NCBI GenBank assembly: GCA_904063045.1
Contig: CAJFCJ010000019.1
Span: 3,106,684 to 3,170,683, forward strand
Origin: Dimorphilus gyrociliatus
Lineage: Eukaryota; Animalia; Annelida
Reading direction: 5' to 3'
Length of the DNA: 64,000 nt
The notes beneath the pieces were generated by a model. It did no database searches and had not been told where the DNA came from. It saw nothing but the letters and a program-made list of their open reading frames with translations. A program made the translations under genes and the position numbers. Shown piece after piece: positions 27,901-43,314 of the stretch (its first letter is position 1; every line of letters begins with the position of its first letter).

Positions 27901-30900
27901 ATATAGATAAATATGATTAATAAATCCAATTTTTGGCGGTTCAAACAGTTCCTTATTGTTTTTATTATGTGAAAGAAGTTCAGTTTTATGAATTCGTAAA
28001 TGAATAAAGGAACCATTTCTTAAACTGGAATTAAAATGGATGTAAAATGAAGCTTGTTTCTGATTAGTTAAAAATGGTAGTATCCTATCAATCTTTTCCA
28101 TATCAGAACTTTTCGATATTGTCTCTATAAAGACATTTACTGATCCAAAAGTACCTTTTTTCCTAGCAACTTTTACATCAATTACAGTTTCACTTATTAT
28201 ATTCTGCTTGAAATTTAAAAATTCAAAATATCCTCTTGGAAAATCACTATCACCAAATTGTACTTTTGCGGAATTATCAACAATTTTAACTGTTTCATCA
28301 TACGATTCGGCAACTTTTATTAAGAATAAATACGATTTCTCCAATTCCGGAATAGAGTCATCTAAAGGTTTTAGAGTTATAACTTGTCTATTTTCATTAG
28401 GTTCAAACTTTACAACTCCATTTCTCTTTTTAAAAGTATTTAGTTCGTTTGGTATAATTGACCATTCAATTTGTATAGGTATTAGTAGATTTTTGAAACG
28501 TTCAATACTAATTGCAGCCGTTCCAGAGTTTGTCATACTAGGTTCATTAACATAGACATCTTTCGTTATTACAGACACCTCACTTTGAATATTGGGCGGT
28601 AAAATTAATTGACATTTTGAATTCTTTGGTAGAAAGTTATCAGAATCATTTAAGTAGATTATCTCTAATACATAATCCTTTTCTTCGTATCTCTTCTTGT
28701 TTAAAACATGTAAGACAACATTTTTTGTTGTTTGGCCAATATTAAATGATAGTCTCTTAGTTAATGGAGCTTTTATATCATTAACTGCCGTAGTTGATAC
28801 TTTATATACGAGAGATAAACTCTCTCCTGCGTTTTGCCTTTTAATCGGTATATGGAAACTTTTATCTTCATTAGCATTGTTTGTACTTAAAACGTATGTA
28901 CTTTTTTCGAATCCGATATCATTCAGAGGGGAATCATTATCGGAAATATAAAACACTTGTTTATTGTTTTCTCCTATTAAAAGACTATTATCATTCGATT
29001 CCAAGTTTAATTCAAATACCTATGGAAGAAGAAAAGAAATCAAGATAAAACTCGATAATGAGATCATCCCAGTACCTCTTTTCCTTCCATCTCACTATCA
29101 TCTATGATAAAAATATTAGCGTATTTTAAATTTTCGTTAGGATGAAATACAAGATTATCAGATATAGGTCTAAAGTCGACAGTTGTTTTCGTTGATGCTT
29201 TCCACGAAACTATAACGCTACTGTTATTAATATTGTTTCGACGGATAATAGGAAATCTGACAAAAGCTTCGTTTTCTTTCACCATACGTACGTTTCTTTC
29301 CTTTAAGAATTATTTAAGTTTATTATCGTTATCTTTTGCAATTTAACAAAAAAAGAAAAAAAGAACCAACTTTAAACTCAACTACACCATTTGGATAATC
29401 GTTCTCAACTATAGTTATGGTACAAATTTGACTGAAAGAATCAATTAGGGGATCCGAACTCTTCGGCGGGTTATTTTTAGGAAAAACAGAAAATATCTTT
29501 AAATAGAACTGCTCATTTCTTTCCGCTATAAGATCCTTTTTTTTTAAAGAAGAAATCGTTTAATTAATTTATCAATTTATCTATTTAAATCTAACATTAT
29601 GGATTTTAACTTGAATAGAAATTTGAGATACTCCGCTGGGGATAACGTAAATATCATCTATTGGGAAAAAATCGGCTCCTGGCTTGGCTGAATATTCATC
29701 TTGTATATCAATAAAAGACAAGATTCGCACATTTAAATCGTCGGTCAATCCTTCTTCTCTTAATAGTGTTAATTGTAGTTCTTCATTTTCGTAGGCATTT
29801 ACTTTGTCCGTCTTCCAACGAACTCTTCCGTATTTCATATCATTTGCATTTATTTGTAACAATGAATATCTCTTATCTCCGAGACGAGATCCACCAACGG
29901 TTCTTTGCAGAAAAATGAAAAAAGATTCCACGTTTTCCAGTTGATTATCATTGATGATTGATAGGGATATGTTTCCTTCTGTTACACCTTCTTCAAACTC
30001 TACCTAAGTATTTAGAACAGTTAATATAGATAACTAATAATAGATTGACATTTTTACTTACCATTCCAGAAGTTGGCTGAATATCAGTATTAGTAGGGTC
30101 ATCAAAAATCCAAAATACAATACATTTACCGTAAGATCCTCTTTCCCTTATTATTGTGAGATCAACAAAAGATTGGACATTCTCTTCCACAGATACTTTT
30201 AAAAAGTTATTGTGAAAAGAAAATACCCCATTAAAGTCATCATTTTCGCGGATCCTTATCATTTTAGAAGTAAACAATGTACTTTTATCACTAGAAAGTA
30301 GATTAATGAAAAAATATTCTGAATTTTCAGCATCGTTGTCATCATAGACTTTCATATAGAAAGTTTTTATATCTTCCATCTCTTCAAATTTGAATGTAAA
30401 ATCCCTGGAAATATAGAAACAATATATAAATGAAAAGAAGAGAAACGCTTACAAACAGAAAGCTCATATCGCTGCTTGAGTTAATTTTGTTTATTAATCC
30501 AATTGCGGTAGAATTTTCAGTGAGAGAGAAAGCATACGCCTTTTCCTTTTGATATATAAACAGAATATTTTCCCAATTCTTTAAGAAGAGATTTAAAAAT
30601 GATTTTTCTTTCTCTTCCCATAAGAACACTTGAGAATCGATATTTTCACCGGATAGAGTAAGATAAACTAAGGAAGATAATACTATAAGTATGACTTTAA
30701 GGTCATTTACTCGTACCTTCTTCTCCCATGGGATAAGAGATTTCATAATTAGAGACACCGCTAGCAGAAATAGTTTCAACGAGATTCATTTCGAAGTCAT
30801 AGCTTATCTGCCAGACATTTATAAATGAGTGTACTTTTATTATTATATAATAATTAGTTGTTTTGAAATATTGTATTTTCCCGCAAGATTCAATTTCAAC

Positions 30901-33900
30901 TTTATTTAGTTGAATAAGAGCCAGATTTTCTGTTATTTTATATAGATAAATGCTAAAAGATATAATTAATATAATTAGACCATTTTTGTACATTTGGAAC
31001 CATACTAACCTCGGGCTTTCGATATCAGAACAAAAGACGAATATTGACTGCTTTGAAATAAATTTCGAATCTTTTATTGGTATATCTAATATTAAAACCT
31101 CTAAAAGACTATTTAAATCCTTCTTATCATAGAAGTATAGCTCATATTTAGTTAATACGAAGAGAGAGTTATAGACTATTCCAAAGTTTATTAAATTTGT
31201 TAGCGAGATATCTTTTACCTAAAAATTTAACTTGGATTTATAATTGTCTATTATATTTATCTTATAAAGAACTTACCAAAAGTAACTTATCATTATTAAT
31301 TGAATAAACCGAAAGTCTAGTATGATTGCCACTTCCGGATATGAATCCAATTAATTCAGTACTAAGAAATTGTATTTTTGTCGGTGTAATAGGAAGTATA
31401 AAAGTTTTTCTTGTAAAATAATCATTATAGATATAAAAGTTGATATTATAAACTAGCGTTTGTGTATTATCATCAAGATAACTTCCACCAAATACAACTG
31501 TTGAATGAGTAGACAGGAAATATTCTCTGTTTTTAGTATTTCTTTCTGAAAACTACAAAGAATTTATCAAAGATAGATAGTTTTGTCTAAAGAGAGATAT
31601 TGTACTTTTTGGAAGGGAACAATAGATGTATATAGTCCTTTAGTATGTTTAGCCGTTCCATCAATTGTTACTAAATTTAAAGGAATAGATATGTTATAGG
31701 AATTTGTTTTTGAAATTGTTATTTCTATAGTATCGTCTTCAGAGTAGACATCCCTAGAGAGAGATATATATATATGCATTATATATATAAATATATATAA
31801 ATGTAATACTATATGGATAGTTAACCATCTCGTTTGCAGAGCATACAAATCTGATAGAAGGTCATTTTCTCTGATAATAATTTTTGTCTTATCGTATAAA
31901 GTTGATAAGGAGTTTGAATATATGTTTACGAAAAAGATTTCATCTTCTTCCGGTTCTTCATCATCAATAATATCTAGAATGATATATTGGACTGCCTAAA
32001 ACGAAAAATAGATGTTATTGTCAAACTTTTGTAAAATATTATTAATATACTTCGTTTCGTTTAAACGTTATCTTTCCGGAATTTGGTTTAATATCTTTGG
32101 AATGTTTATCTTTTGAATTAGAGACAGTAAACTTGTATTCTTTAAACGAATGGACCATTTTTCGTACAACTTTTAAGAAAATTGATTTTGTAATCTCTTT
32201 TAAAACAATATCGTTTCTATCAGCAAATTTCACTACAAATTCGTTATTTGCATCGATAATCGTTATCAGAACTAAAAAAAAATGAAAATTTTAGATAAAT
32301 ATCGATAAAAATCTATCAATCCAACTATCAACCGGAAGAAATATTTCCCAATTCTCCACCGTTTGTAGGATTATCCATTAAAATGAAAAATGATTCGTTT
32401 CCTTCTTTAAAATCTTTATCTTCAAATATTTCGAAAGTAATCGATTTTTCCTTCTCAAATTCTTCGAAATCTAGACGCTGTTAAAATTAATAAGTATATA
32501 GTAAAATAGTAGAAAGCTTTTAACTAAGATATTCAAAATTGTATCTACTCTTGGAATAAAATCAAAATCTTTTTTAAAACTGGCGCCATTTACGGTTCCT
32601 TGGGAATAACAAAATACTGATACGTTATTAAATAGTCCCCTTGATCGTAGAACTCTTATATTAAAAGATGAATTTGTTTCCTGTACGCTTAGTCTATAGA
32701 AAATTCAATGTTTGTTTTTTATCTTATTAATTATATATAATAGATTAAAAAAATTTATCTCTTTCTTACGATGTCCTTTCGAAATTAAAAATGCCATAGG
32801 CGTTATCGTTTTGAAGTATATTGATTGTTATAATATCTTCGGTATCATTTATAAGAGGCGTATGATTCGTTAAGGTATCTAATACCTTAACAGATATTAT
32901 CCTTAAGGTAAAATCTATCGGAAAACGAAATTTATAATCAAATATCTATGATATATATTAGATTGAACTACATTCTCGAATTTCCGGAATATCATCATCA
33001 AATATATCAATCTTTATCGTTTCTAACGTTGAACCTTGATCAAAAACTGCAAGGGTGTTTGTCAACCGAAAATCTTCGTGCTCAATAGCAGTTGAGGACT
33101 TTTTAATAATATCTATATATACACCCACTTTACCAAATGTTCCATATGATCTTTTAATACTACATTCATAAAATTTAGAATTTTCTTCAATTGATATTGA
33201 ATTATGTACGAATGAAAAGATACCATGAGGATAGTTTGCGCCCAGCACTTGTAATAAAAAATACATTCTTAACGGATTAACGTAACCATTCATCGTTGAA
33301 CTATTAAAGAGGCCGTCAACACTTGATAGTTCAAATTTAATCGTCACGTCTAAAGTTGGCCTTGTAAGTTTGGCTAGAACTAGAGAAATTGTTGAAATAT
33401 TTTGATTCATTCCAAACATAATATCGCTTTCAATAGTGGTTATATAATCTTTAGATATATTTGTATTTATGATTTTGTATTGCAGTTGTACAGCACTTTT
33501 GATAAACTTTTCTCGAAAGATTTCAATTTCTATGCTTTTACCTTGAGAGATTTTCATTCCAGGTGAAAGAAATCCAAATACTCCCAATGGGTAATCGGAC
33601 ATTTCAATAATTATTTCAACTTTATTTAATTCTCTATCTATTTGACCACCGTCCGAAGGATTAACAATGACAAAAACTATCTTTTCTTCGCTTTCCGGTT
33701 GATCATCATCTTTGATTCCTACCAAAATAATTTTGCTTGTTTCGTTTTTAGCAAAGAATACGTTCTGATCTTTAAAAATGATGTCGTTCGTATCACCATT
33801 GGATAATTGAGTATTCACTTTTAAAAACACCGACGAATGAAATTCACTTCCGCCAATTTTTTTAATTTCAACTAAAACGAAGTTTTCATTATCTTCCGAA

Positions 33901-36900
33901 ACTTTAACGTGTCTGAATCTTTCGCTATCCTCTTTCAATAATATATTTATACTATATAAACCAAAGTAATTGTCATTATTCTTTATAATTATTGTCTTTG
34001 AAAATGGCGTTTTAAAGATTTTATCTGTATTATTTCGATTTAACGATTTAACATCTTTAATTTCAACTGTAAACATTTCATCCGGTTCAGGTAGAGAATC
34101 GGAAAGGATATCAATTGGAATTTTTACTCTACTCGTCCAAGCTTTCAATTGGACGCTGTTTGAAGATGGTAAAAAGTCCTCATTTTCCTTTGCTATTTTC
34201 TTTTCAAGCGTTTGCATAAGTGATTCATTCTTTCTAAAATGAATATAATACTTTCGGTCGTCAACATAATCAAAGTCTCCAGAGCTGTACCACGTACATT
34301 GTAAAGTTTCCATATTAAAATCTAAAGATTTGCAATTCTTATCCAACAAACATATTAAACTGCAACTCTACAAATAATCGGATACGTATATAAGAATTTT
34401 CAACTATTCAACATGTACAATAGTGATTAATACTTACCTTTTTTGGTGTTCTTTGATCTTTTACGTCCACAACTGTTCCAACCATTGGTAATTTACCACT
34501 TTTTGGTTGAGAGAAATAGCTTTCTATCTTATTTTCATCTATTAAATAGTCTTTAACACTGGTTTGTTTGATTTCGTAAAAGATTTCCAGTTCCATATAG
34601 AGTCCACCTCTGAAAAAGTTCGTTATTTATAAGATTATGAAAAGAGTATCTTCTTACATTCGAATAATGTCAATTGTTTGCTTCGAAGAGCTGGCTAGTT
34701 CGTATAATTTTTGTTGGTTTTCATCAAATTTTAACAGGCCAAATGAGCTTTGAGATGGAAGAAGGGTTAGATAAAAACGTTCACCGCCATTTTTAATTGT
34801 TGCATTGATGGCTTTAGATAGTTCTATTTCTATTGTCTAGAATATAATAAATAGTAGAAAGGACTTTTTCTATAACTCTCTATATTTTAATATACTTTTG
34901 TGATGAATTTTTTGAATATCACAGAAATAACAAGAAACTCTTCTGTAACTCCAGTTAGAAAATTTACAGTTCCAGTATTTGGTAAAACTTCAATATCTTT
35001 TATCTTAGGAGATACAATTTTCCAGTAAACTGGTATTACAGATTGTAAACCACCCTTTCTAATAATTTTAATTTTATGAAAATTGCTTTCTTTATCGATA
35101 AGAGACACATCGCCTTGTTTTTCAAACTGAAAGACTCCCCTATAGAAATCAGACTCTTCAATTATTATGATACATTCCGATGGTTGATTCAGTGTAGAAC
35201 TGTTAGATGTCACCTGAAAGTATTTATATAGTATATAAATATATAAGGTAAGCTGGATATAAAAAGAACTTTTATTTGAAGCGAAAACCATTCATTGCCC
35301 TCGGGGATGCTATCATCCACAATAGAAAGAAAAATTGCTTTTGATACATCTCCTTCTAAAAATGTAACTTTTGTTTCGTTTAGTAAGCTAAAATCGTCTT
35401 TTTCAGTTGAACCATGTTCTATATAATAATATACATCGATCTGTAAGTTCATTTTGTTAATTATTAGATTAAGTTGAAAGAATAACAATTAACTTTTCCA
35501 AATTTTCCTCCATTTCTATGAATTTTTGCAATTTCTCCAAAAGTATAACTCTCTTTAATAGTCTTTTTACATTCCAGAGTGAAATTACCATTATAAAAAT
35601 CATTCTCAATTATATATATCCTCAAGGATGATTGCGATTTATATGTAAGATTATATCTTTCTTCATCTATGATACTTAAAGGTTATACTTGATAGTTTTT
35701 TAAAGAAAATATAGATTACCACTTTCTGTCGTCACTAATAACTTTGCTGTCATTTTTATAGCTATAAGTTCTCTTTCTTCGGGAATATCATCGTCTAAAA
35801 TAGACAAGAATACTTTTGCCATTACTATTCCAGGTTGAAACACGAGTGTTTTATTAAAGAGTGTATAATCATCTTCATCAGCGTATTTTTCTGTTTTACT
35901 CGAATTTTCTATTGTAAAACTGATTACAACTGTTCCAAATGTTCCCTTTCTTCTTTCGACATCGAAGCTAATAATACCTTAATAAATCCTTATTAAACTA
36001 GTATTTAAAATTTAATCGATTTATCGTAGTATTACCTGCAGTTTCCTCGAACATGTACACATTTGGATGAATTAAAAAAACGCCATAGGGATCATCATTT
36101 TCGTATATTTTTAAAATAGAATATCTCTGTTTACCTATCATACCCTAGTTTTAAAAAAGAGAAAAGAGCTAATTACTTAGAATTCATTATTTTCTTAATA
36201 GAATTACATTAGAGACGTGTATTATTCTCAATTCGTAAATTTCCTCTATTTCTGGTAAATTGTCCGAATTGGCAGTCAATTTTATTGTTTTAACAGAATC
36301 ATCTCTTCCAAAATACACTACTCCGTACGATTGATTAAATTCTTTTGAATCATCATTAATTTCCCAAGTAACGTTTATTTCTCCTGTACCATTTATCCTA
36401 TAGAGCTGTTCATTTTCAATAAAGGTATAAGATTGTTAGAGTAGCATTTATTTTTTATGTAAAACACCTTTAACGTATATTCCTGTCCTTCGTAGATATT
36501 AAGCTTATCATTAGAGAGTATCAATTCTCCAAAAGGATTGTCAGAACTTTGAATTATGATTTCAATTTTGGCTGCTTCTTCATTTATAACTGCTCCGTTA
36601 GTAGGATTTTTTATTTCGATAAAAAAATTCATTGAATTCTCTGGAATATCATCATCGACTAAAACGATATCGATAAAATACTGTTTTTGGAAAGGAGCAA
36701 ACTTTATAGTTCCCGCTTTGCCCTGGAAAAAAAAATAATCTATAGAATATACTTAAATAGATATTCGATTACAAACAATATATTGAAAAGGTGATAGGGC
36801 AGTCCCATCAGTAGTTTTCCATTCGATGTTGACGTAATCGTTTAAACCTGATATACGTTCAATTGTAATTGTAACGACTTTCCACGCTTCTTCTACAAAT

Positions 36901-39900
36901 ACCTTGGGTATGAAAAGACAGTTTAGAGTTTATTTATTTAGAATAGTAATATACCGATTTCATTTTCTCAAATGGTTGTAATATTAAAGACATATTTTCA
37001 ATATTTCTTGTAGAAAGTTGAAAAAGACCAAAGGGATAATCGCTTTCTGTTATCTCGAATTGAATCGATCTTCTAGATTCATCAAAATTTCCACCACTAT
37101 AGGATTCTTCTTCGCCGCCATTTACAGAAAGTCTTTCCAGTTTTAATGTATATTTCTTAGTTAATTCAGGAAAACTATCATTTACGGAAGAGATATCAAT
37201 TTTCTATGAAAGAGAAGAAGTTTAGAAAGAAAACATGCGAAATCAATAATAATACATACATGCTCGCTTTCACCTTCTTCGAAGAGTATTGACCCATTGT
37301 TAGAAACAAAATCGTAAGTATTGTTGACCACAATAGACCAAAATATATAAACGCTACCAAAGCGTCCACGTAGGCGGGAAACTGTAAAAGATATATTTTG
37401 ACCTTCTTCAATATTTATTATATTATGGTTGTCTAAAAAGCCAAAATATCCGTTTGCCAAATCACTCTTTAAAGCTGAAATGCGAGATATATGTATAAAC
37501 AAATGTTTATATAATAATCTGTAATATTATATAGTATACCTGTAACTTTGACCTCACTCTTAGAAGGGTCAATTGTACCAGAAGTAAGTTGAAGAAGCTT
37601 AAAAATGTATACTTTTTCATCTTCTGCAATAGAATTGTCTTTTTTATGAATTGAGATATTTTGATATTTCATTTGCTCTTCAAAGGTTATATAGCCGCTT
37701 ATAGGAGAAAAGTGTGCGGAGACTGGTGATACGTACAAATCTTCTATTTCATAAAAAGTTAAAGATCTATCCCAGATACGAAAATCTTGTACGAAACCTA
37801 AAAGAAACAACAAACAATACATTAATTCTATCTACTTTTGAGTATAATAATTGTCATGGAAAACAAACCTTCAAAATACTGATCACCAATTAAGAATTTT
37901 CCGTTGTTATCGCTTAATTCAGCCGATAAACTCTGGCGATCGTTTAGTTTTCCATCTTGAAAGAAGAACATTTCGGATGATTTGAGAATTATTGTAAAAT
38001 AGTACCATTTATTATAATTTATAGATGGCTTAAATATAAATTCATGCATTAAAAGTTGATTTTCAAAGATCAGCTTCGTTTCTTTAACATTTATGCTTAA
38101 ATTATATATCTCATTATCATTTTCCGATGATAGTTTACGGAAAAAGGTTCCATCTCTTATTATTTGTATCCTAAAGGAAATTGTCATGTCTCTATCTTTT
38201 GTGACCATTTTTAACGATTCAGGTATTGTTTGTTCTTTAATAAGTAAAGAACAAGAGTGATTCAAATGTACTATTGGAGTTTGTATTCCGTTGTTGTTCC
38301 CTTTTTCATTATAGTCTTTTGAACAATTTTGAGGATCGGAGAATAGAATTAAATCCAAAAATTGAACGGAGGGACTACTTCCAGCATGATTTGGATCATG
38401 CAATTCCCATAGAATAGTCACTAATCCACTCAATCCCTTAGTCCTAATGATTGTTAAATTTCCAGTTGAATCACTAACGCTATCCTCATCGATATGAATA
38501 TCCTCATTTATAGTAAACAATCCGTATGGGTAATCGTTTTTTGTAACTGTAATTGTCACGTTACGGGCGCTTTGATTGAAGTAGCCTGATGCAGGTATAG
38601 CCTTTTCATTGACCATTCGATAAAGATCAGTCAAAGTGATAAAATAATTCTTCGAAAACTCTGGCATTCCATCTGCGATAGCGGTAACTTGTGCAGCAGC
38701 TTTCCTTTGATCATTTTTGAAGAGTACTATCCCACTATCATTTAAAAAAGCTTTTTGTTCACTCTTCCCGTACGTAATTTCCCACTTTACATATACTCTT
38801 CCATGATAAGAAAAATCTCTGTTGATTTCAATAAACGAAATTTCTCCTTCTTCAACAAAATAATGATTTAAAGCAAAGGCAAATATACCATTCCCATTAT
38901 CATTTGCATCGATAATGATTTCTAAATCTTCTACTCCGAAAAGAGATACAGGCCCAATTGGATTAAAGAGATTTACAAAAAACGATTCATTATTCTCAGG
39001 AATTTCATCTGGTTTTGTAATGATTCGAATATATTTTGTGCATTCATTTACACTAAAATATATCGTTCCTGTTTCCTTCACATAGTCTTTTTCACTCGAA
39101 GCCGTATAATCCCTTGTTCTATACGAAACAGAAGCTTCGTAATCGCATAGTCCGTCGCGAATAATTGCTACAGTCACATTATCTCCTTCGTTTGCTAATG
39201 AATAATTTCATTTAGTTGGGTATCATTGCATTCTTATCTTACCGTAAAATTTAGTATCTGTAAAATAATTTTAATTATATTATAAGCTTATAATTTTAAT
39301 GTATAGTTAATACTCTGAAAATGGACAAGATCATCGTTTCCCTTAATGACAATGGTCGCTTGTGTTAAATTACCCAGAACGGCACCATTTTTTGGATTCA
39401 TCAGGGAAATATTGTAAGATATATTTTTCTCCGGAATCTGTGAAAACAATTCTTCTATATAGAAAAGCATTTTTAAGAATCTCTTAAAGGGATTTTACTT
39501 CGTCGTCAATACTGTAAATATCAATGAAAGCTTCACCTTCACCCTCTGAAAGAACCAGATTGCCCGTTAATGGATATATATCGGTGTTATTCTCGAAAGG
39601 AAATATTTGCCAATCTACACCAACTTCTCCGTACCGTCCAAAGAAACGTTTCACAGGAATAAGGACACTCATTTTAGTTCCGTTTTTAGATTCCTCTACG
39701 TTAAGAATAGTTGTTTATTTTTAACAAAGACAATATGATAAATCGATGTACCTAATATATGATGTAAATGATCAGGTGCAAAACTTAAAATACCCCTAGC
39801 ATAGTCATTTTCTTTTATTGAAACTTCAATGGATTTTCTCTCCCCAAATACAACTGCAGTTGCTTTAGGACAATTTATATCGCCTACCTGACCGAAACTA

Positions 39901-42900
39901 CTTATCTCCAAAACAAAACTTTCTGTAATCTAGATATATTCAAGTAAAAAAAAGTGAAATAATTTCTAGTAATTAAGGAAGAATAGCGTTTTCTTATACT
40001 TCTGGAAGATCATCATTTCTAACAATAATGGTTTTATTGACTTCGGAAACGCCTTCCTCGAAAACTATAACAGATGGAACACCAATAAATTCTTCGTTTC
40101 CCCCCGGTACTTCATATTTAATGCATATCCGAGCAATATTAGATTGGGATCGAATAATCGATAATAAAAAAGAATCTCCTTCCTAAATAAAATAAAACCT
40201 ATATAGCGAACTAATTATAATCAAATAAAAACTTTATATTCTTCTTTATCCTTCGTAACATTCCCTATTTCAAACATTCCTCCTGGATTATCGTTTTCTC
40301 GAATTATTATCCTTTTCTTAGTTCCTTTGTATATTCCTTTTTTTATGATTTTACTTGGAAATTTCATAAATAAATACCGTTTATTTTAAGTTTTTGATTA
40401 TCATTTGGCTTAACGTCTATTATAGAGATAATCAGATCTTCTTGATTTTCAGGCTCTAAATCCTCCAAAATGTTTAATATTAAAACGCCAGATGTCATAC
40501 CTGATTATAAAAGTTTCTCATTACGTCACCTAAATATAGAAAATTATTACCATTTTCAATATTAACAACGCCACTTGATGGAAAAACATCAGAAGTTCTA
40601 TTTTTCGTTAAAATTTCCCAAAATACCTCAATTTCCGGAGATATTCCCTAATAAAATAGTCTAAAATTTGACGAATATATACGTATATATATACGATTAG
40701 TTACTTCTCTATTTATTTCTATTTCAATTTTATCTCCTTCATTTACAATTGTATTATTTACATCTAAAAAGCCTATTTCTCCATTTGCATAGTTTCTATC
40801 AACAGAAATAATAAGGATACTATCTTCAGCCTTAGGCGTTTTATAAGGTCCAAACCTCAAGACTAAGAGAAAGTTTGATTTTCCTTTAAATAGAAATATT
40901 TCCTACTAACCTTTATTAAGGTTCAATTTTACAATAGAAATATTGAAATACGCTCCAAATTTTAGATATGCCTCCCTTTTAAGAGGAATCTTTAAATGAT
41001 AGTAATTAAATATTATTAAAGTATTTCTGTTTTGTATACAAACATTAAAAAACATGGAAGTTTCCCTTTCAGGAAATGGTAATGTGATGGGAAAGGATGT
41101 ATTTAATACGTCTGAAAAATAGAAATGCTACTGTATATATATAAATATACAGTATAATGGATATAGAAATAACCATGTATTCGTGAATGTTGGGAATACA
41201 AGATCACCAAATCTATTTCAAGTATTCCATTATTTGCTCCATCTCTCGTCATAGCTATCCGTAAATTTCTTACTCCTTTATCCTTAATTAAACAGAAAGA
41301 TTAGGTGTTTAATTTATAAAAATTCACTAACCATAATAATTTCGCTATTATCCAAATTGAACTTTATGACTCCATACATATCATCGCTATCAAGTATAAT
41401 TATTTTTCTACACGGATTTGTTTCAACTTTTCCTCCACCTGTTATCGTATCTGGTATTAGGCAAAATGTAAACGACTCGGGTTCTTCAGGTACACTATCT
41501 AAAAGAACTATAATAGAGACATTGCGTTCTTCTTCCCCCTCCTCGAAAGTAGCAGATCCATTTACACTGTAAAAATCACTCAATACCGACTCTTCCGAAT
41601 CGCTAATTATGGTCCAGTTGATAAGCACTTTCCCAAATCGACCTCCCGATCTTGATAATAATATGAAATATTCCGATATATTTTTATCTTCATCAATTAA
41701 TAGTTGACTTTTATCCGTAAGTTTTATTTCTCCGTGTGGATTATCATTACTCAAAATTGTCGCATTAACCTGATGTGGAATATCAAGAACAACGTCACCA
41801 ACAGGATTCGTTAAATATATTAAAAAAGTTTCGATTTTCTCAGGAACTTCGTCGGCTAGAACGTTTATTTCAAAATAACTCTTTGTATTTCCAGAAGAAA
41901 ATTGTACTGTTCCATTTTTTCCTTCAAAGTCCGTTTTAAGTGTTGCCGACTTAGGAATAATATAATAATCGACTGTGGCCGGTGATTCGATAGGACCTAT
42001 CCTTGTTATTCCATCTATACTCAATCCTCTGAATAAGAAGATCGGTACAGTAATTTTAAACTCCTCTTCATTAAAGATGTATTCAAGCTGAAAAAATTAA
42101 TATTTAAATTAAAATAACAAAGTTCAAGTGGAATAAGACTTGAGAAAATCTTATAGGTGCATCATTTTCCGATATTAAGATCGTCATTGGAATATGACTT
42201 AGAACAATATTTGTTGTATTAAGTACGTCAGATGGCTGATTGGCTTGATCTAAATAAACGGCATAGATTTCGTCATTCTCCGCAATAACATCGGGTATTA
42301 TCTCCAAATACACTTGCTTACTTCGTTCTCCTTCAGTAAAGAAAACAATACTATTAGATAATTTAATATCTTCACTACTATTTTTTCTTCCGTGCAATTC
42401 ATCGATCTAGAAATTGAACTAATTATATTGAATACAATAAAAAATGTATTGATCTAACTCTAAGCAAAATTGTAACATTTTCAAAATCTCCAGCTTCCCG
42501 TTTTATATTGAAAGGAATTCTATTTATTTCTGACAGTTCGCTAACAACCAACATTGTATCCTGAAAGTAGTTAAAATATATTAACTACGATAGTATATTT
42601 ATAAAAAAACCAACAGTGTTGGATAGACTAAATACTCCAAAGGCATTATCGTTAGCAGCAATGACAACTTTTAATATATCAGGTTGAACAGTTTTACCGT
42701 CGCCGTTAAGTACAGTCAACTTAAATCTAAATAGTTCGTCTTTTTCTGGAAACTGATCATTTTTTACTATAAAATGAGCATTGCTTGTATAACTTTCCTT
42801 TCCGGGTGGTATAGTCAAAACAACAGACGTGCCTTCAAAATCATGAGTATTCTGACCCAGGATTTCAACTGCAACAATGATGCGGCTAGCAGCTATTCCA

Positions 42901-43049
42901 GTTTTTACTACTTCTAATTGAATGTGTTCTCCTTCTGTAACAATCTTATCAGTTGATAGGAATTTCACTAGTCCCAAATTATCACAAGAAGGCAAGAAGG
43001 CGAGTGAAAAGTATACAAAGAATTTTAAATTTGAGATTGATACATCCAT
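21999..43049 (-). CDS. ADGRV1: ADGRV1/VLGR1/GPR98 giant adhesion GPCR, dozens of exons
   Basis: Many Calx-beta repeats (ND.P.G.F.F...DD..PE..E.F), a LamG/pentraxin domain near 37.7-38.3 kb, EAR-like repeats near 30.4-31.5 kb, GPS near 23.2 kb, 7TM, and C-terminal LRRISIADTKV (human LRRIPIADTHL). The junctions I checked are canonical and in phase; I did not check every junction. Confidence 0.95.
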
Positions 43050-43314
43050 AGCAAAGGTACGTGATGTAATGAAAATAAAAAACTAGGTATAGAGATTGCT
43101 CTCTGTTAACTCTCAGGAGAATAAGTTTTAATTAGGCGCTATTCAAATTATTTATTGCAGGGAAGAAGAGTAGTTCTTAGGAGAATTATTTTATGTAACG
43201 ATTCTACAAATATAACAAAAATAAAACATTCAGCACAACACGATTATACTTATACTAGAATAGTATGTAAGTAGCGAAAAGAGAAAGTTTCACAGTTAAT
43301 TAAACGCGGTCCTT

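Noticed and set aside
21999-43049. ADGRV1 as a fragmented pseudogene
   Set aside because: The breaks I checked are in-phase GT-AG introns, and the signal peptide, 7TM and PDZ tail are intact.
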